A stretch of DNA of 64,000 bases from an uncultured virus (IMG/VR IMGVR_UViG_3300011691_000001) (Duplodnaviria; Heunggongvirae; Uroviricota; Caudoviricetes): the IMG/VR virus record IMGVR_UViG_3300011691_000001; one strand, given 5' to 3'. The translations under genes were made by a program, and so were the position numbers. Shown here piece after piece: positions 42,162-53,308 of the stretch. Under the pieces are notes generated by a model, which saw nothing but the letters and a program-made list of their open reading frames with translations, did no database searches and was not told the origin of the DNA. The first letter of the stretch is position 1. Each line of letters begins with the position of its first letter.

Positions 42162-42434
42162 TTATAATTTTTCATACTTAAATTTGTCATTGATAAAATC
42201 GACAATTGGTATAGTGTATTTTATTAAAGTATGAACTAATCCATTGTCATTCATTGGTGAATAAGTAATTGACCAATAATTAGTTTTTCCTTTAGTTATT
42301 ATTGAAATACCATTCACCATGAATTTACGATATACATCATCCTGAAAAGTTAGACCTACGAATTCTTTTGATAACTCATTTATAATATCGCTCATTTCTT
42401 GATCGTCTAATTCTTTTCTAAATGAATGCTTCAT
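42162..42434 (-). CDS. Hypothetical protein
   Basis: GGAGG RBS. Confidence 0.65.
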   Translation of the reverse strand: MKHSFRKELDDQEMSDIINELSKEFVGLTFQDDVYRKFMVNGISIITKGKTNYWSITYSPMNDNGLVHTLIKYTIPIVDFINDKFKYEKL

Positions 42435-42457
42435 GTTATAACCCTCCAGAAATAAAA

Positions 42458-42823
42458 TTATTTAGTTTCTTTAATACTAATTAATTCCCATAATGTATCA
42501 TCTGCAAAAGTACCAATAAACTTTTTACCATGATGAAGAGAAGTGGTATCAATTTTAAAATTCTCATCTGTCTTATAATCATTCAATCCAACAAAAATAA
42601 CATTTTCTGTTTCTGCTTTTGGATCAATGAAGAAATGACCCTCTTTGTTACTGTACATATATAATAGTTCTGTTTGATTAGACTTTAAGTTATTTGAAGC
42701 GGTTTGTGAGCATTTGATAGGTGTTGGTTTGGAGTCCATTGTAACTGCTTCAACAGTAGTTGTAACTACTGTAAAGATTGATAACGCTGTAATACCTGTT
42801 AATAACATATTTCTAATTTTCAT
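42458..42823 (-). CDS. Secreted hypothetical protein
   Basis: Sec signal peptide ending VEA. Confidence 0.65.
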   Translation of the reverse strand: MKIRNMLLTGITALSIFTVVTTTVEAVTMDSKPTPIKCSQTASNNLKSNQTELLYMYSNKEGHFFIDPKAETENVIFVGLNDYKTDENFKIDTTSLHHGKKFIGTFADDTLWELISIKETK

Positions 42824-42907
42824 TTTTAAATCACCCTTTTGTATTTATTTAATTATTTTAAAGAAGGGGAGGGAAGTGCCTCCCAAGACAAAATTCTTTT
42901 ATTTGCT

Positions 42908-43153
42908 TTACGATAATGCCATTTCTTCTGACTGTGCTACATATGTAGTTGTTAATTTCCAATTGCTGATGAAACGTAAGCCGCATGAATTATTCCATAC
43001 ATATTCTAATTCCTCAATATCAATAATTTGGTAACCTGATTCAATTGCTTCGTTCTTATCATTTTCACTTTCTAACAAGTAAATCTTGTGGCATCCTTCA
43101 TAAGCAAATAATGTTGAACTAACTTCTAAATTATTAATTTTCATAATATACAA
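42908..43153 (-). CDS. Hypothetical phage protein
   Basis: FAYEGCHKIY..SCGLRFISNW. Confidence 0.65.
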   Translation of the reverse strand: MYIMKINNLEVSSTLFAYEGCHKIYLLESENDKNEAIESGYQIIDIEELEYVWNNSCGLRFISNWKLTTTYVAQSEEMALS

Positions 43154-43238
43154 CCTCCAATATGTTTATTTTGTTTAATTTTACCACATATTAAAGATGC
43201 TACATATTTATTTCATAATATTTACTTATTACTGATCC

Positions 43239-43445
43239 TTAATTTATAACATATTTTGAAAATCTAGAATACAAATTTATACGTTTCTCAAATGTTGAAA
43301 TAGCTTTATCGAGGAAGGCGATAGTTTCTGGATAACTGGTAACACTTGTAACAACTTGATAATTACCTTCACATTCAACTAACGCTACAGTAATCCCATT
43401 TTTAAGAACTTCTTTTCTCAAAGTTTTCATATTTATTTCCTCCAA
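43239..43445 (-). CDS. Hypothetical protein
   Basis: ORF in leftward operon. Confidence 0.55.
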   Translation of the reverse strand: MEEINMKTLRKEVLKNGITVALVECEGNYQVVTSVTSYPETIAFLDKAISTFEKRINLYSRFSKYVIN

Positions 43446-43924
43446 TTTTTAATTAATATAGTATTTTTATTTAAGCTGTTACAGCTTTTATTTTTTCGTT
43501 CTGCTGTATTCACAATGCATTTGATATTATTAATCGTTAAAGCCCAATTTCGAGCCAGTAATTTGTTTTTCTTGTCCGTTAGCTTATCTTGTAACTTTAC
43601 TAATGCATCTGATAGTAATTCTTTAACATCGTTTAATTGTTTTGCTGCAAGGTTAAAGTCTTCTTTAGCTGCATTTATCGCATTAGAAGCTAGTTCTTTA
43701 AAATGTGTAACTAATTGAACAGTTGTTGAGTTTTCAATTTCTAAGTTTTGATCCTGTTCAATTAAATTGGTGTAGTGTTCAGTTAACATTGCAAGAATTT
43801 CATCTTTTCGCATTTTACGTTTTTCCTCACGGTTGTACCACGCTAATCCTTCTTTATTTGCTTCAGCTTGTAACTCCTTAACTGTCATATTTGATAATGC
43901 GCTGATTTTGTTTTGTAATTTCAT
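43433..43924 (-). CDS. Protein with N-terminal Rho-N/SAP-like motif; first leftward gene
   Basis: MTVKELQAEA....KMRKDEIL; TTGACA-17-TAAGAT promoter about 43975-44004. Confidence 0.6.
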   Translation of the reverse strand: MKLQNKISALSNMTVKELQAEANKEGLAWYNREEKRKMRKDEILAMLTEHYTNLIEQDQNLEIENSTTVQLVTHFKELASNAINAAKEDFNLAAKQLNDVKELLSDALVKLQDKLTDKKNKLLARNWALTINNIKCIVNTAERKNKSCNSLNKNTILIKNWRK

Positions 43925-44540
43925 TTTTATTCCTCCTAATATTTGTCTATGTATTTATTTGTTTAACTTGAGTTTATCTTATCATTCAAAAATAAATATG
44001 TCAATAATAATTATGTATTTATTTAAATAAAGTGTTGGATTATCTGGTTCTACAAGGATCATTTTCATAAGACATTTAGTTTCTTCCTATTAAAAGCGAT
44101 TTTTTTAATCAGATAGCTGCTTATATTATGGATCTTTTTAAAATTATCACCAGTTCACATTATAAGTATAAATCAATTAATTCAAATACATGTGAATTAA
44201 TAAGGAGGGATTAGACGAGAATAATTAATACTTCCAAAATATACAAAAATAAATATAAAAAACACTTGTATCTTACTGGTATCTTATATATAATTTACTT
44301 ATAGCTTACAAGTAAGATAAATTTTAGTTAAAGTTCCAATCATGTACTTAGAGTAGGGTTAATGCTATTTTGATTTGGTTATTCTTACGTTAAGTAAAAA
44401 ATAAAATACATAATAATGTAATTTTTATTGATAATTGGAATATTGATATTAAAATGAGCTATTCTTACAAAGAAACAAGTTAAGTTGTTGTGATATAATT
44501 TATATTAATAAATAATTAAAACGATAAAGGGGAAATAAAA

Positions 44541-44867
44541 ATGATCAATCAATTAAAATTAGTTGTTAATAATGCTGCGGATTACAATACTGGGGTTAGT
44601 TATAATAAGTATGAAGTGTACAATGCATTGCTACAAATGAGTAATGAAGTAAGAGAAGAGTGCATTAACAATATAAATAAAGAATATGGTTTTGAATTAG
44701 TGGATAAGTATGATTTTGCTCGTTATGAAATCTCAGTAAATAACTCAGATATGGAAGTTGAAACTCCTGTATTATTTACACCAAGTTATTCAAAAGAAGA
44801 AGTCGGTTACTATAAGGATCAAATGAAGGAGCTGCAAAAAGGTTACATGAAGTTGTTAGCTAATTAA
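44541..44867 (+). CDS. Hypothetical protein; first rightward gene
   Basis: RBS, upstream sigmaA-like promoters. Confidence 0.65.
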   Translation: MINQLKLVVNNAADYNTGVSYNKYEVYNALLQMSNEVREECINNINKEYGFELVDKYDFARYEISVNNSDMEVETPVLFTPSYSKEEVGYYKDQMKELQKGYMKLLAN

Positions 44868-45307
44868 ATATATAACTAATAATTTGTTCTTATTTAAAAC
44901 ATCATTTTTGATCGATGTAATTCATTTTTAGTAAATCGAATTAAGATGGTAGAATTTGAATAATCAAAACTGTAGAATTAAAAAATCAAAATCGCAGAAA
45001 TTTTACATTTTGAATGCGAAAATAGAGATAGATAGAATCTTGATTTATTAATTGTATGATTTTGTAATTTGAATCGTATAGAACTTTCTTGACTAATTAA
45101 CCATTTTAAAATTAAATATAAAAATACATAATTGTATTTGACTTTGTAATTTGCGGTGTGTTAGTCTTATCTTAAGAATAAATGGAGGCAGCAACTGATT
45201 ATAAGTGCAAATTAATATTTGTAGTTGGAAGTTGTATACCATTTGAGCATCAAGTAAAATTAATCTATAAAAGTATAATATTATTTATATTCAGGAGGGA
45301 AATTGAT

Positions 45308-45451
45308 ATGTATATGATAATGGAAGATAAGAGTCGAGATATGATTCAAGTTTATGAAGAATCGGAAATTCATAAAGGTTGGAAAATTATTTTGCAGACT
45401 TACGGGATTGAAAAGTTTAATAAAGAAGAACGTCATAAATACACTAATTAG
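45308..45451 (+). CDS. Small hypothetical protein (start moved to RBS-supported ATG)
   Basis: GGAGGG RBS before MYMIMEDK. Confidence 0.5.
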   Translation: MYMIMEDKSRDMIQVYEESEIHKGWKIILQTYGIEKFNKEERHKYTN

Positions 45452-45507
45452 AAATAAATAAAGTTACGTAAAATCAGCATTTTACAAAACAATTAAGAGG
45501 TGCAGCG

Positions 45508-46062
45508 ATGGACAAAATAATATTTGATATGATTAAAAAATTTCATGGTATAGAAAATGAAATCTATGATCAATTGTGTGCGAAAGGTATGGAATTCAAT
45601 GAAGTCGAAGATTTACTTAATGAGTCTGTTGAATATCGTGAACAGTTATTAAGAGTGGGAAAATTTTTAGTTAAAGAAGAATATTTAAACAAAGATACAT
45701 TTATTAAAGAAAATTATGAGGACATTGAAAAGTACATTAAACTAAATGTTATTTATGAATATGATAATGGAATGGCTTTATGTGAAACAACTTCTAGTTC
45801 ATTATATTTAGTACCACAAAGACTTTTAGCTTGCTATAGCAAAGAAGAAGTTACAGAAGCTGTAGAGACTGAAAAGGAAATGAAAACTGAGTATGTAGTT
45901 AGTTACCTTGATTTAACAATTGATAAATTTAAGACTTTATTCTTTGATTCAAAAGAAGAGGCAGAATCTGCTTATAAGGAAATTAAAGCTAATGACGACT
46001 ATATGTCTGAAATCATTCAGAGTAAAAAGGATTATGAAAAGTATGAATTAGGAATTGATTAG
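45508..46062 (+). CDS. Acidic hypothetical protein
   Basis: GAGGTG RBS, 184 aa. Confidence 0.7.
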   Translation: MDKIIFDMIKKFHGIENEIYDQLCAKGMEFNEVEDLLNESVEYREQLLRVGKFLVKEEYLNKDTFIKENYEDIEKYIKLNVIYEYDNGMALCETTSSSLYLVPQRLLACYSKEEVTEAVETEKEMKTEYVVSYLDLTIDKFKTLFFDSKEEAESAYKEIKANDDYMSEIIQSKKDYEKYELGID

Positions 46063-46102
46063 ATAATAGAAGTCTATTATATAAACAAAGGGGTTATTAA
46101 AA

Positions 46103-46465
46103 ATGAAATCACAAGTAAGGGATGTAGTAGCATATATAGCAGGCGTTATTATTTCAGGTAAAAGTTCGGGATCATTATATTCGTTTGACGATAGAAAACA
46201 CCACCAAATATCAGGAAACGCAAGTAATACTAGTGTTAGTGTTTATGACAATAGAATTAAAAAGCACATATCTGGCTCGGGAAGTAATGGTTCACTTTCT
46301 TTGTATCATTATGGAAACAAAAAACATATAAGTTTAAATATAAATGGTACTCAGTTTTCAGGTTACGACTACGATACTAAAAAACATTTTTCTGGTAATG
46401 TAAACGGTAATTCTGTAACTATATATGATTACGAAGATAAAAAGTATCATAATTTTAATGTTTAG
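46103..46465 (+). CDS. Tandem beta-repeat protein
   Basis: Five ~20-aa repeats S.YD...KKHISG. Confidence 0.7.
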   Translation: MKSQVRDVVAYIAGVIISGKSSGSLYSFDDRKHHQISGNASNTSVSVYDNRIKKHISGSGSNGSLSLYHYGNKKHISLNINGTQFSGYDYDTKKHFSGNVNGNSVTIYDYEDKKYHNFNV

Positions 46466-46500
46466 TAAAATGAAGTTATTATTAAAAGGAGGATTTTAAT

Positions 46501-46641
46501 ATGTCTAATACTAGTCAACATAAAGAAACTGAAACAAAAATGCCTAAATGGAAGTGTAAGGAGTGTGGGTTTGAGTTTTCTGGAACAAGTATTGTTTGTC
46601 CATCATGTGAGTTTACTAATGTTGAAGAAATAGAAGAATAA
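46501..46641 (+). CDS. 46-aa zinc-ribbon peptide
   Basis: GGAGG RBS; WKCKECG...CPSC. Confidence 0.65.
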   Translation: MSNTSQHKETETKMPKWKCKECGFEFSGTSIVCPSCEFTNVEEIEE

Positions 46642-46670
46642 TGTAGAACTATTATTAAAGGAGGATCAAT

Positions 46671-47403
46671 ATGAAACACGTAGTAATGGTTAAATATTGG
46701 AATGCTAATGAGGAATGTGAAGAAATAATAAGCAAACTTCCTTTTGATACAAAAATAGAGGCATATGACTCTATTAAAAATATGTATAAAGATAAATTTG
46801 AAGATGAAATAGAAGTATTAAAAAATGATGTAAAGTACACAGTTATATTTAACAGAAATCTTAAAGGAAATTATTCAGAGTACATTCATTAATAATCAAT
46901 ATGAGTGTAGTATCAGAACAAAAGAAACAGAGCGTTAAAATAAAAAATTCACTATAGATGTTTGAAAATGTGAAGGATGGTGCAAGTGGGAGATATTGTT
47001 TTTAATGATGGTAAGTGGGGTATTGTCAAATTCGAAAATGGCGTTAGAGCGTTTAGTTACGGTGGTAGAACAACAAGAATTCATGACAATAGGTTTGAAA
47101 TAATGAAACAAAGTTCTATTCCGAAGTATATAAAAGAAAAAATGGTCGAATTTCTTAATTCATATTAGAAAAAATGTATGGTAAGGAGAATTAGTTATGA
47201 AAGTGCCAAAAGAGATCCAGGAAGCGATTAAAGTAGCAGGTGCGTCATTTGAAATAGCAAGAGAATATGAAAAGATTGTTAGGGATTGGCTTGATAGCAA
47301 AGGGTATGAGGAAAATGATACAGTGGCAGACCTGTATATCGACTGTATCGAGAATGGAAGTAATGGTACAGAAACCTTTATTAAGTTTCTTAAATCGTAC
47401 TGA
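46671..47403 (+). other. Three small hypothetical CDS (46671-46892, 46977-47168, 47197-47403)
   Basis: ORF track, RBS-like sequences, co-oriented. Confidence 0.6.
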
Positions 47404-47475
47404 ACAATATGAGAAAAATTAGATTGGAGGCATCTTAATTATTAATAAATAATATACATAAAGGGTAAAAGTTGA

Positions 47476-48105
47476 ATGAGTGATAAAACTAAATTATGGC
47501 TTCAAGTGCCAACGGAAATAGTTAGAAATATTGGATTCAATCTTGATGAAAAGTCTTTCGCTATTTATACATTTCTGTTATATAAAAAATTTCGTACATA
47601 TGATAAAAATGATAACGTATTAAGAATAGATCATAATGCAATGAAGAACATCTTAGGTGTCAATGATAATCGAACACTAAAACGATGCTTTAAAGTGTTA
47701 TATGAACAGAAGTTGATTAAGGATGAGGTGAGTAAATTTCCTACAAACGGATATCTAGAACTAGAGTTATTATTTCCGTACAGGAAAGATTGGTTTACTC
47801 AATTACCGTTAGATCTACTAAATAATATTAAAGAAACAGGTCATCATGGATATCGATTGATCTATTACTATGAATCATACATAAATAGAAATAATATAAC
47901 TCAAGACTATTGCTATCCTTCATATATAGCAATTCGGGAAGATTTAAAAATTAGTGATGATACTTTGACTAAGTATAATGACCAATTAAAAAAGATGAAG
48001 TTAATCACAATAACTAAACATGAAGTACAATTTGATAATCCTTTAGATGAAGATAAGTTCACAAGGTTTAATAATCATTATCGTGTTAATCTATTTAATA
48101 TTTAA
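47476..48105 (+). CDS. Tandem winged-helix protein, replication-initiator-like
   Basis: Two HTH-like halves; YCYPSY..I...L.IS..T..KY...L....LI. Confidence 0.55.
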   Translation: MSDKTKLWLQVPTEIVRNIGFNLDEKSFAIYTFLLYKKFRTYDKNDNVLRIDHNAMKNILGVNDNRTLKRCFKVLYEQKLIKDEVSKFPTNGYLELELLFPYRKDWFTQLPLDLLNNIKETGHHGYRLIYYYESYINRNNITQDYCYPSYIAIREDLKISDDTLTKYNDQLKKMKLITITKHEVQFDNPLDEDKFTRFNNHYRVNLFNI

Positions 48106-48375
48106 TTGTAGAAGACGAAGAAGAGAAAGAGAAAAATTGATTACGATTCTCACTTTTCGTCAGAAAATGAAATCGTATATACTGGTTCTTAATGTATATT
48201 ATGTATCTTGTTCTTTATACACCCCAATTTATGCAAGGCTACTTTGCATTTTTTATTGTTCAGACTAGCATTTTAACTCTGTCAGGGTTGCATTTTTTGG
48301 GGTTAGGGAAAATAAGCGTATATTAATTCGTAGCAAGGCTAGATTAATTAGATATACAAAGTGTGCTGAAAATGC

Positions 48376-48834
48376 TTGGGACGTCTAAAATCAATTGGAA
48401 TCTATTTTAAAAATTACATAAAAGATAGATATTATAAAATCAAATACATAAAAGGGGATATTATTATGACAGTAAGAGAGCACTACGAAAATCTATATAG
48501 AGAATTAGATGAGTCAATTCCTTACCATATGTTTAATTCGACTACTTATGTGGAAGTACAAGAACCATACTATGCACTCATTAAATCAAAAGGTACGTCT
48601 GGATGGGTAGATAAGTATGAGAAAGAAGTATGTAAAATTGAATCAAATACACTTAATATTTCAGATAAAAGATTAGCAAGTAAAGCTAAAACAGTATATG
48701 AAGATTACGCTTTTATTAAATATGTTATTGCTAGATATCCAAATCTGAAACATGAAGAGTATATTGAAGCTAAAAAAGAATTTAAAGAAATTAAGAGTGA
48801 TACCATTTTAGTATTGGATAACTCATTGATGTAA
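48376..48834 (+). CDS. Hypothetical protein (likely start at MTVREH)
   Basis: EV.EPYYALIK motif; internal RBS. Confidence 0.55.
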   Translation: MGRLKSIGIYFKNYIKDRYYKIKYIKGDIIMTVREHYENLYRELDESIPYHMFNSTTYVEVQEPYYALIKSKGTSGWVDKYEKEVCKIESNTLNISDKRLASKAKTVYEDYAFIKYVIARYPNLKHEEYIEAKKEFKEIKSDTILVLDNSLM

Positions 48835-48864
48835 TATTAAATAAATTGATAAGGAGAAATAAAT

Positions 48865-49245
48865 ATGGAAGTACCAAAACAATGTCCTTACTGTAATTAT
48901 GAAGTCGTCTTTACATCAAATAAAGAGATATATGGGAAAGAATACGGTAATGGGAAATGTTATTTATGTAGGAACTGCAAAGCAAGTGTAGGTTGTCATG
49001 ATAGTGGTAAACCACTTGGTATTTTAGCGACTAAAGAAATGAGAGTACTAAAAACTGCTTGTCATGATCTATTTGATATTGTCTGGAAGAAGAAATTATT
49101 AGGACGTGGTGAGGCTTACCGTAGAATGTCCATATTATTAGGAATCGAACAGAGTCAATGTCATTTTGGATATTTCGATATTCCAATGTTAATGAAGGCT
49201 ATACATATTATGTTGAATCCGCATTGGTTTCGAGATATAAAATAA
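48865..49245 (+). CDS. DUF3268-like zinc-finger protein
   Basis: CPYC..YLC..C.ASVGCH..PLG.LA..H..FD..W..CHFG.FD. Confidence 0.8.
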   Translation: MEVPKQCPYCNYEVVFTSNKEIYGKEYGNGKCYLCRNCKASVGCHDSGKPLGILATKEMRVLKTACHDLFDIVWKKKLLGRGEAYRRMSILLGIEQSQCHFGYFDIPMLMKAIHIMLNPHWFRDIK

Positions 49246-49284
49246 ATTTACATAAAAACTGAATATTACAGAAAGGGAGATGTT

Positions 49285-51411
49285 ATGGTGAGACGTGTAT
49301 ATTGTGGTAAAGGCACTTGGGATAACAAGGTTGAAATATCATTTGGCAATCACAACAATAAGTTGATTTATATTTTTAAAACCAAAGAGGAGGCTGAACA
49401 TTTTTATTATAAATTCGATTTCACTGGAAAGAAGTTAAGTATGTATAAGTATTTAAAATTTAAATTCTGCAAACATGAAAACATGTACAATTTAGATTGC
49501 AATTCAGACAGGCATTATTATAAACACTGTCCAAATTGCAATAAAGCAGAATATATTGATACTGAGACATTTGAACAAAAGGCAGAGAGATTCGATAAAA
49601 TTAATAAACGGATTAAACAGGACAGGATAACCGACCTGAGAAATGATATCGCTTCAAAGCAACGGAAATTAGAGAAGTTGACCAAAGAATATAAGGAAGA
49701 GTTTAGTGAAGAATTTAAATAAAAGTGATTTATTATAAAAAATGCATATAAAAATAAATACCTAAAGGAGGAGCTATACATATTGGCGTTAAACAATGGA
49801 ACGTAGATGATTAGAATGTAGTAATTGAAGATATTGAGGTTGAGTATGACGATGAAGAAGAATATGTAATAAACAATGAAGGCTAAGTAAAATGTTCATT
49901 TTATATAAAGGAGAGGTAAAAATGGCGCAAATTAAATTAGTATACGTAGAACGTGGAGATTTCGAGTGGTTGTATGTTGATGATTTAATCGATACGGCAG
50001 GATGTAATATTGGAAACGTAGCTTATCTATCGTTGATTAATGAGAAAGAATTAGATGGTTCATTTGCAATTTATGAAGTGACAGACAACTGTGTGGATGA
50101 ATATGGTGGAGATTTACCAAATAATTTTAATGAAATTCCAAATGATGAGTTAACGTTGTTGAATGAAAGAGCAATGAGAGTTTAATAAATTTGCCTAAAT
50201 TATAAAACGTACATAGAGGAGAGATTTAATGGAAATCACAATCAACCTAAATGAAAAGCAGGAAATGTTTCTAAAAGAATTTGCAAGCAAACATTATGAT
50301 GGAGCGAAAGATAATTTATGTACAATGGATGCTTTTCATGCTGTACAAACTAAGCGTAAAAATTATATTCCTTACCATGAAGATTTAACTGATTGGTTTG
50401 GTGACCTACCTTTAGAATTTTGTGCTGATGATGCATATGAAGGTTGGTATACGGATGAAATTGAATTAATAAATGATCATCTCAATGATAACGATATTGA
50501 AAATGTGAAAGTAATGAGTTTTGACGAAGCATATGAAAATCTTATTGAAGGTATAGATGGTGAAGAACATTACATATATGGTTACAAAGAATACTTTGCA
50601 GCTTATGGAATTGAGATAACTGCTGTTTCATGGATACAAGAATATTACGAACCAGTAGCGTATTTCTTCATTCTAGATGAAGCAAAACGGTACATTGAAT
50701 ATCAACGACATAATTTACGTTTGCCACGTACATATACATATTCAGCAGGTTACTCTAATTATGGTGACTTTGTGCCATTTAGAAATTTGCTATTACAGAT
50801 GGGTAAACAATTGAATAAGGAGGAAGCAAATAATGAATGAGAAATTGCAAGAAATTATCGATTACTTAAATGATGGTATTAATTATGATAAACAAAATTT
50901 CATCAAAGAGCTATCAATGGAATGTGATGACACAATGGGATTTTCGCCTGAGGAATTAAGTATTATGTGGGGTAACAGGCTAACAGGTGATTTGAATTCT
51001 TATAATGAAGAATTCTTCAATAAAGTCATTGGGTCAGTAGTTAAAGTAATAGGATCTTTTAAAGGCAATTATTAAGTAATAGAGGAGTTTTATTAAAAGG
51101 AGGTGGTATGAATGAATGAACAAGAGTTAAATAGAATCGTTAGTGGCGTAGGATCAAATCCTTTATCTACAATTGTAACGATGATGTTAGGTGCAAATAG
51201 GAACTACAATGAGAAATACACAAAAGAAGAACGAGAAAGAATGAGACAAGAACGAGAGGCTGTTCGAAATGAAGAAATTAGATGCTCACATATACGTTCA
51301 GGCATTTGTCCATCATGCGAAGGTGAATTAGTTCGAGGTAAAAAGGATAAGCGTCATAACTATAAAAGATCATGGGAATGTAAAGAGTGTAAGGAAGTAC
51401 ATTTGGTATAA
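49285..51411 (+). other. Five hypothetical CDS (49285-49722, 49892-50185, 50229-50840, 50833-51075, 51112-51411)
   Basis: ORF track with RBSs; several acidic or CxxC-containing. Confidence 0.6.
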
Positions 51412-51441
51412 GAATTATCAAATAAAAAGAGTAAATACATA

Positions 51442-51627
51442 ATGAATAATAAAGTATTGTTTAATGAAGACCAAAAGTAAATTGATGATTCTGTTGAATA
51501 TCATGCTATGGGCAGTTACCAAATAGGAGAAGTTGCTAGATTAAGTTCATTACTTTATGACAGAGGTGTAGATGTAAATAAAGAGTTAGAGAATTTATGT
51601 CGTAAATTTAATATGAATAATAAATAA
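51442..51627 (+). pseudogene. Possible small gene with in-frame TAA at 51478
   Basis: MNNKVLFNEDQK*IDDSVEYHAMGSYQIGEVARL...; weak RBS. Confidence 0.3.
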
Positions 51628-51665
51628 AGTGATTCTATTATTAATAGTGAGGAGAGATTGGATGT

Positions 51666-52466
51666 ATGGCACGTAAAAAAGAAAACAAAGTATTGACTCA
51701 TGAAGAGAAAATGGAGAAGAAATTAAAGAATGATTGGATGCATCTTGAAGATAGAATTAAATTCATTCCTGAACCAACAATTAAATTTGAAATTGGTCAA
51801 AAAGTTTTTATCGGTAATTTGAAAGATTGTACTATTGAAAAAGAATTAGAATATGGAAAGATTTATTTAATTAATTATACTAATGTAGATCACAATTACG
51901 GAAATCCAATTGAAACGCCTAACTCAAAGAGATATATTGTGTGGCAAGATGTTCATACAGGGGATATAGACAGTAGTGATTTAGCCAAGAAAGATGATAT
52001 TAGAATCAGTTATCATCAAACAAACTTAGAAGGGCTATTGCATAAAGTTTATTCATTTGGAGTAGATTTTGATCCATCTTATCAACGAGATCATGTATGG
52101 GGTTTAGAAGATAAAATCGCTTTAATTGATTCAATTTATAATAATGTGGATATCGGTAAGTTTTCATTCATATACAACAAGGATGATAAATGGCGAGATA
52201 CAGGATTTGCATATGAAGTGTTGGACGGTAAACAGCGATTAACAGCTTTATGCGAGTTTTATGAGGGGCGATTTGAGTATAAAGGTTTTAAATTTAGAGA
52301 TTTATCGCCTAGTGATAGAAATCACTTTGAAAATTATAAAGTTAATATTGGGGAAGTACAAAATGCAACGGAAAAAGAAATTATTGAATACTTCATTAAG
52401 CTAAATACTCATGGTCGAGTAATGAATAAGGAGCACTTAGAAAAAGTGAAGATTATGATTCAATAA
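51666..52466 (+). CDS. DUF262 (ParB/Srx-like, GmrS-type) domain protein
   Basis: P.YQR..VW..LIDSI..IG..EVLDGKQRLTAL..F..LNT.G. Confidence 0.85.
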   Translation: MARKKENKVLTHEEKMEKKLKNDWMHLEDRIKFIPEPTIKFEIGQKVFIGNLKDCTIEKELEYGKIYLINYTNVDHNYGNPIETPNSKRYIVWQDVHTGDIDSSDLAKKDDIRISYHQTNLEGLLHKVYSFGVDFDPSYQRDHVWGLEDKIALIDSIYNNVDIGKFSFIYNKDDKWRDTGFAYEVLDGKQRLTALCEFYEGRFEYKGFKFRDLSPSDRNHFENYKVNIGEVQNATEKEIIEYFIKLNTHGRVMNKEHLEKVKIMIQ

Positions 52467-52495
52467 TAGTCACGTTTTATAAAAAAAGGAGAGAT

Positions 52496-53274
52496 TTGAA
52501 TATGGAAAATTTATTATATAAGTTTAGATTTGTAGTTTACGGAATTGTAGTTGGAAATATTCTTACTAAAGGAATGCAACTTTTTGTATCTAAAGATAAT
52601 CATATTTTATTCTTAGCATTATACGCTGCACTTGCAATATCTACTGTACCAATTGTCATTAAATTAGATAAGAAATTTATAGAAAGTAATTAAGAAAATA
52701 AATAATATATTTGTTTTACAAAATTCATACTAAATCTTTTGAAGGAGGTGATATTGTGGAATGTTTAAGTGTCAAGAAAACTTGAATAAATTAGCACAAA
52801 CTGCTGACTTATTAGGTTGGAAGATTATTATTTTAAGCAGCAACGAAGGAGTTATTATCATTTTTGAAGATGGCTCTGAAGAGTATTATACGTTGGATGA
52901 ACTAGAAAAGGCTTATCTCAAAGCAGTAAAAGTATTTAAAGAAAGTTTAAATTAAGTATTAAAAGGCGTAGGGAGATTATTTCTTACGTCTTTTAACTAG
53001 ATAAATACATAAAATGAGTTGTAATCGATAAATCATTGTGGTAATATTTAGGTAGATAAAATAAGGAGGATTCAAAATGAACGAACAAGAAAGAATTAAA
53101 TACATAAAAGGTTTATCAGAAAACGGATTAATACATGAGATCAATCATCAGGATATTAACTTCCTCATTGATATTGCAGGAAGATTAGAGGAAGTTGCAA
53201 ATGAGTTTAATCCTACATATTCAGAAGGGCAGCAAAAGCATTTAGCTGACGCATACAAAGAAGTAATTAAATGA
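52496..53274 (+). other. Three small CDS (52496-52693 membrane, 52761-52955, 53077-53274)
   Basis: ORF track, RBSs; terminator about 52962-52994. Confidence 0.6.
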
Positions 53275-53308
53275 AACCAATATACTATTAAAATAGAGGG
53301 GTGTTGAA

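Noticed and set aside
42458..44870. Arbitrium (aimR/aimP) system
   Set aside because: No ~380-aa HTH-TPR receptor followed by a short signal-peptide gene; the secreted 121-aa ORF is too long
49770..49890. Acidic ORF remnant after GGAGGAG
   Set aside because: Multiple stops; no coherent frame can be reconstructed
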